NCBI GenBank assembly: GCA_040901675.1
Contig: JBBDYJ010000010.1
Location: forward strand, 202,599 to 266,598
Source of the DNA: Pirellulales bacterium
Lineage (GTDB): Bacteria; Planctomycetota; Planctomycetia; Pirellulales; JAICIG01
DNA: 64,000 nucleotides
Reading direction: 5' to 3'
Shown: piece by piece, positions 60,346-64,000 of the stretch
Position numbering within the stretch: position 1 is the stretch's first letter
Layout: every line of letters begins with the position of its first letter
Notes under the pieces: model-generated
Told to the model about the DNA's origin: nothing
What the model saw: only the letters and a program-made list of their open reading frames with translations
The model's database searches: none
Program-made: the position numbers and the translations under genes

Positions 60346-61104
60346 CTAACTCTCCTCGTCCAAAGCGTTCCAAGAATAAGGACCCAACGATGACGCAAGG
60401 GAATGAATCCACGGCTGAGCGGCCTTTGCGCATGCGCGCGGCGGGCCACAGCCATGAAGAACTGCCTGAGAAAAAGAAGACACTACTGAGCTGCCGGCCG
60501 AGAAAACCCCCGCCGCCAAGCACGAAAGTGCCCGAACAAAGAAGCCGCTCTCCAGCCGATAAGGCCGACGTTGTACGCCGCCATGCCTGACGGATCACCC
60601 GCCATCACGGCGCCGCTGCTTGCCCGCAACGCCGGCGGACCACTTCCAAGCTGACCCGCTGCTGTGTCTCCGGCTGTCTGGACCTCTGTTCCGGGAACAG
60701 CAAGCTACGAGACCTCCCCAATGCAATCCTAGGCAAGTGGCGCGCGGCGGGCAAGCCTTGCCGGGCGTATTTCGGGCCCGATTTGGTCAAACGTCCCGGC
60801 CGCCGGCGGCGGGTCGTGCCGCTGCTTGGCGAGCCAGGCCACGTGGGGCCAGGCGGCTGCGCCACGGTCAAACCTCGTGCCAGAACCTCCGCGACCACCG
60901 GAAGGGAGTCTGGGCCCGCACGCTGCTGGTCGACCCCGGTCGGCTTAAGGAAAAGCCGTTGGGGGAACGGCAAAGAAACCGCGTGGGCCTCGGGTGTGCC
61001 GTGGTAGAATATGGAAAGGGTATCTGGGAAGGACGCTTGTGTTTTCTGAAAAGCAGCTAAGGTTCTAGTAAGTGAAGCGCCTCACGGAAACCAGGAGATT
61101 CGCA

Positions 61105-61371
61105 ATGGAGGACTCGGTGAAGGCAGGGTGTGGAGGTATGCCTGTCGTGTCGTTGGCCCAGCAATATGCCGCAAACCGGCGGAGATTCACGCTGGAGGAG
61201 TTGGCGGAGTTTCAGGGGAAATGGGTGGCGTTCAGCCGGGACGGAGCGAGGATCCTGGCTTCCGCGGCAACACAATTGGAGCTCGCCCGACAAGCCGAGG
61301 CGCTGGGACTCAAGCGGACGCAGTTCCGAATGGAACCAATAACCGACCCGGACGTGTCGCTCGTGCTTTGA
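61105..61371 (+). CDS. Small DUF5678-like protein
   Basis: ELAEFQGKWVAFSRDGARILASA; start could be 61138. Confidence 0.65.
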   Translation: MEDSVKAGCGGMPVVSLAQQYAANRRRFTLEELAEFQGKWVAFSRDGARILASAATQLELARQAEALGLKRTQFRMEPITDPDVSLVL

Positions 61372-61395
61372 GGCGTCGATGGGACTTCTTTTGCC

Positions 61396-62808
61396 CTATA
61401 CGCCCTGCCCTGCGACCTCCGCCGCGGAGAGCCGCATCAGCGCTTTGCGGGCCGCCAGGCGCACCAAGAGGTCGCTGTCTTCGAGCCGAGCCCGAATCGC
61501 TTCCTGGGCCGACGAGGCGGCCGCGCCGAGCTCGCCGAGCGAGGCCACCGCGTGACGCCGCACCGAGGCGCTTGCGTCGGCCAGGGCCGCCACCAACGCC
61601 GGCACCGCCAGCGGCGCCTGCTGGTCGCCGGCCAGCCGCAGGCCGGCGGCGGCCGCGATCCGTTGGGGTTCGCCGCCGGCGGCCAGCAGCTCGACCAGCG
61701 TCGCCACGCCGCTGGCGCCGATGCGGGCCAGCGCCTCGGCCGCCCGGTCGCCGGGCATCGGGTCGCCGCCCACCAGTCGAGCCAGGCTGCTGGCGGCCGG
61801 GGCGGCGGCCGCTCCCATTTCGGCCAGGACTTTGGCCGCGGAGTAGCGGACCTGGATGTCGCGGTCGTGCAAAGCCTCGACCAGCACCGGCAGCGATTTC
61901 TGCGGATCGAGCTCCGCCTGCCGCAGCGCATCGCCCGATTGCCGCACCACGTAGGCGTTGTTCCTGGCCAGGTCGCGTGCCAAGGACCCGGTGGCGGCCT
62001 TGGCATGCGGCCCCAACTCGATCTGCCGATCGAGATATGCGGGACGCCGGGACCGCACCATCGTGGCCAGCTCCAAGATGCCGGCAATCAAGCATGCCAG
62101 GACCATCAAGAGCGCGGCGGCGACACCCATCATCATGATGAGGAACACGGCCGAGACGACGATGGCCGGGCCCGCGGGGGCCGCGGCGGCAGCTACCCAC
62201 TGCGCGATGGTGGTGGCGGCAACTGAGAGAGCGCCGGCCAGGCCGGCCAGCGCCACGGTGGCGCGGAGGTTGTGCCGGCTGGCGAGTACCGCGACGTACA
62301 CCAGGCAGAGAGACCAGCAATAGACGGCCAGGAACAGTGGTCCGCCGCCGACAGTCCAGGGCGTGGCAAACATCACGGCGAACAACAAGAGCAGGCTCGT
62401 CGCCGCCCAACCTCGAGACATAGGGTGGCTCGTGACAGGCCGCCTGAAGAAGAAGGCGACGACAACAAACGGCGCCGTGGCGAACAGCGCGGCGTCGAGC
62501 GTGACCACCAGCGGGAGAAAGATCGCCAACACGACTGCCGACGGCAGCGTCAGGATCAGCACTCGGCGCAGCGCCTTCTTGGCAATGGATTTCGCAGGAT
62601 AACGGGCGTTCAGTGTGACGTTCAAGACGCCGAGAGCCACCACCGCCGCCGACGGCAAGGCGAGCGACGGCCAGCCGGTCGGCGCGGTCACGGCGACCAG
62701 CGCGATCGCGGCAAGGCCGGCCGCGGCGGTGAGCACCGTCAACACGATTTCGCCGCCGAGAAAAACCAGCGGGGGGCGATCGACGGACGGGTCGTCTGCG
62801 CGGGACAA
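61396..62808 (-). CDS. Multi-pass membrane protein with C-terminal HEAT repeats
   Basis: About 8 hydrophobic segments; VPALVAALAD..VRRHAVASLG repeats; start uncertain. Confidence 0.75.
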   Translation of the reverse strand: MSRADDPSVDRPPLVFLGGEIVLTVLTAAAGLAAIALVAVTAPTGWPSLALPSAAVVALGVLNVTLNARYPAKSIAKKALRRVLILTLPSAVVLAIFLPLVVTLDAALFATAPFVVVAFFFRRPVTSHPMSRGWAATSLLLLFAVMFATPWTVGGGPLFLAVYCWSLCLVYVAVLASRHNLRATVALAGLAGALSVAATTIAQWVAAAAAPAGPAIVVSAVFLIMMMGVAAALLMVLACLIAGILELATMVRSRRPAYLDRQIELGPHAKAATGSLARDLARNNAYVVRQSGDALRQAELDPQKSLPVLVEALHDRDIQVRYSAAKVLAEMGAAAAPAASSLARLVGGDPMPGDRAAEALARIGASGVATLVELLAAGGEPQRIAAAAGLRLAGDQQAPLAVPALVAALADASASVRRHAVASLGELGAAASSAQEAIRARLEDSDLLVRLAARKALMRLSAAEVAGQGV

Positions 62809-62940
62809 GTGTGGGCCCTCGGCAACTACACCCCAAGCGGTTCAACACTAGACTCCGCCATTCTCGCGTTCCGAGGCGCCGCATGCCAGAAGAAAGCAGG
62901 AAGGGGCGATCGGGGGAAAGGGGCGAGGGGGCGCGGACGA

Positions 62941-63066
62941 CACTGCTTGGAGCTGCCGACACGCCGGCAACTAACCAAGCAGTGGCACTCGACAGGGGAC
63001 GATGAGGCGAACGGGGTCCCAAGTCCCAAGATCTAAGTCCCAAGTTCCAAGTCCTAAGCCCTAAGA
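62941..63066. repeat. Family C palindrome plus (CCCAAGT)n heptamers
   Basis: CACTGCTTGG...CCAAGCAGTGGCAC 62941-62988; about 7 heptamers at 63016-63066. Confidence 0.8.
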
Positions 63067-63999
63067 TCCAGACTTCCGCTTGGGTCGGTGGCGCAGGGCG
63101 GCTACGCAGATCTCCTGGCGGTTGTGCTGGAGCTGCCGGGCACGCACCAACGGAAAACCCCAACCGCGGATCCGCTCGATGTAATCAGGCGCGTGCCGGG
63201 CCAGGTCCCATTCCAGGAGCTTCAGCGTGAGCAGCAGGCCGCGGACATTCATCTGCCGGTGGGTGACGATCGCCTCCACGGTGTCGAGCGTATAGTTGGG
63301 CGCCACGTTCATGTCGGCCATCAGCCAGCGCGTGCCGCGCAGCTCGCGGCGGCGGACCTCGGCCCCACGCTTGCGGAGGTGCACGAAATTGGGATGGCCG
63401 AGCACGGCGGGGTGCATGGCCGCCGGATCGATCCCCGTGACCAGCAGCCCGCGCTCCAAGAGCGCCTGGCACGATCCGCCTGGGGCACAGCCGATTTCCA
63501 CCGCGCGCTGGCCCGCTTCGACGTTCAGCCGCGACCAGCGCAGCGACTCCTCCATCTTCAGATAGGCCCGCGACACCGCGTCGTCCGGAAGCTCCAGCCG
63601 GCTCATGCCGCCCGGCCGCCTGGAGGACCAAGCCCGCGCGCGATGGTAGCCAACCCACCACTCGTCGGGCTCGACCAGCACGCAGTCGAGCACCAGCTCG
63701 CCCGCGCGGGCCAGCGGGTTCTTTTTCGGCCCGGCCGCGCCGGCGGGCCAATGCGAGCGGATGGCCGCTTCGGCCTGGTCCGACTCCGGGGTGAATCCCG
63801 GCTGGTAGCCATGTTCGCCGGGCGGCATTCTATCGCGCGGCCAGACGTGCAGCCGCTCGAAGGGCCGGCCGCCGGCCAGTCCGATCACCTGCCTGGCCAG
63901 GTCCGCCGAGTCGCCGGCCTTGGCCTTGCCAAGCGAAAAGGCATAAGAGCGGGCAAACACGCTGCCCAGGTCGAAGTCGTCGGCCAACCGCGCGGCATC
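63061..63999 (-). CDS. RlmM-like (FtsJ-family) 23S rRNA 2'-O-methyltransferase; 5' end outside window
   Basis: VSRAYLKMEE, EIGCAPGG, MADM, TLKL, QLQHNRQEI. Confidence 0.82.
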   Translation of the reverse strand, partial: DAARLADDFDLGSVFARSYAFSLGKAKAGDSADLARQVIGLAGGRPFERLHVWPRDRMPPGEHGYQPGFTPESDQAEAAIRSHWPAGAAGPKKNPLARAGELVLDCVLVEPDEWWVGYHRARAWSSRRPGGMSRLELPDDAVSRAYLKMEESLRWSRLNVEAGQRAVEIGCAPGGSCQALLERGLLVTGIDPAAMHPAVLGHPNFVHLRKRGAEVRRRELRGTRWLMADMNVAPNYTLDTVEAIVTHRQMNVRGLLLTLKLLEWDLARHAPDYIERIRGWGFPLVRARQLQHNRQEICVAALRHRPKRKSGS

Positions 64000-64000
64000 C

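Noticed and set aside
60350..61070. Long intergenic region as riboswitch or small genes
   Set aside because: No recognisable aptamer or convincing ORF; probably regulatory DNA for the divergent genes
62825..62860. GGTTCAA...CCGCCA as a tRNA 3' end or attachment site
   Set aside because: No T-arm stem or cloverleaf

Overview
High-GC bacterial chromosome segment, almost certainly a planctomycete (Pirellulales-like), judged from a PVC-type CxxCH dehydrogenase, two DUF1549/DUF1553-cytochrome + DUF1501 pairs, and TIGR03009- and DUF1573-type proteins. All family calls come from motif recognition by eye, not database searches. The backbone is ordinary metabolism (ilvD, beta-hydroxyacid dehydrogenases, AKR-MFS-FAD oxidoreductase, GT4, HAD, S45 acylase, RlmM-like methyltransferase) plus an nfeD-nfeD-floA operon. 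Less ordinary elements: (i) five toxin-antitoxin-like modules in which one partner is amputated or missing; (ii) a lower-GC cassette (Cdc6-like AAA+ ATPase + small KGG protein) that looks like an IS1-like element lacking its transposase; (iii) a secreted DUF4384 + WD40/PDZ/caspase pair next to a beta-barrel-like protein and a Ser/Thr kinase with a compositionally foreign TPR tail; (iv) at least four REP-like palindrome families, two copies of which sit in frame inside genes; (v) an uncalled 29-aa Lys/Arg-rich ORF that looks like a small ribosomal protein; (vi) a consensus promoter followed by two tandem terminators (candidate sRNA or leader). No rRNA, tRNA, CRISPR array or intact transposase was seen.
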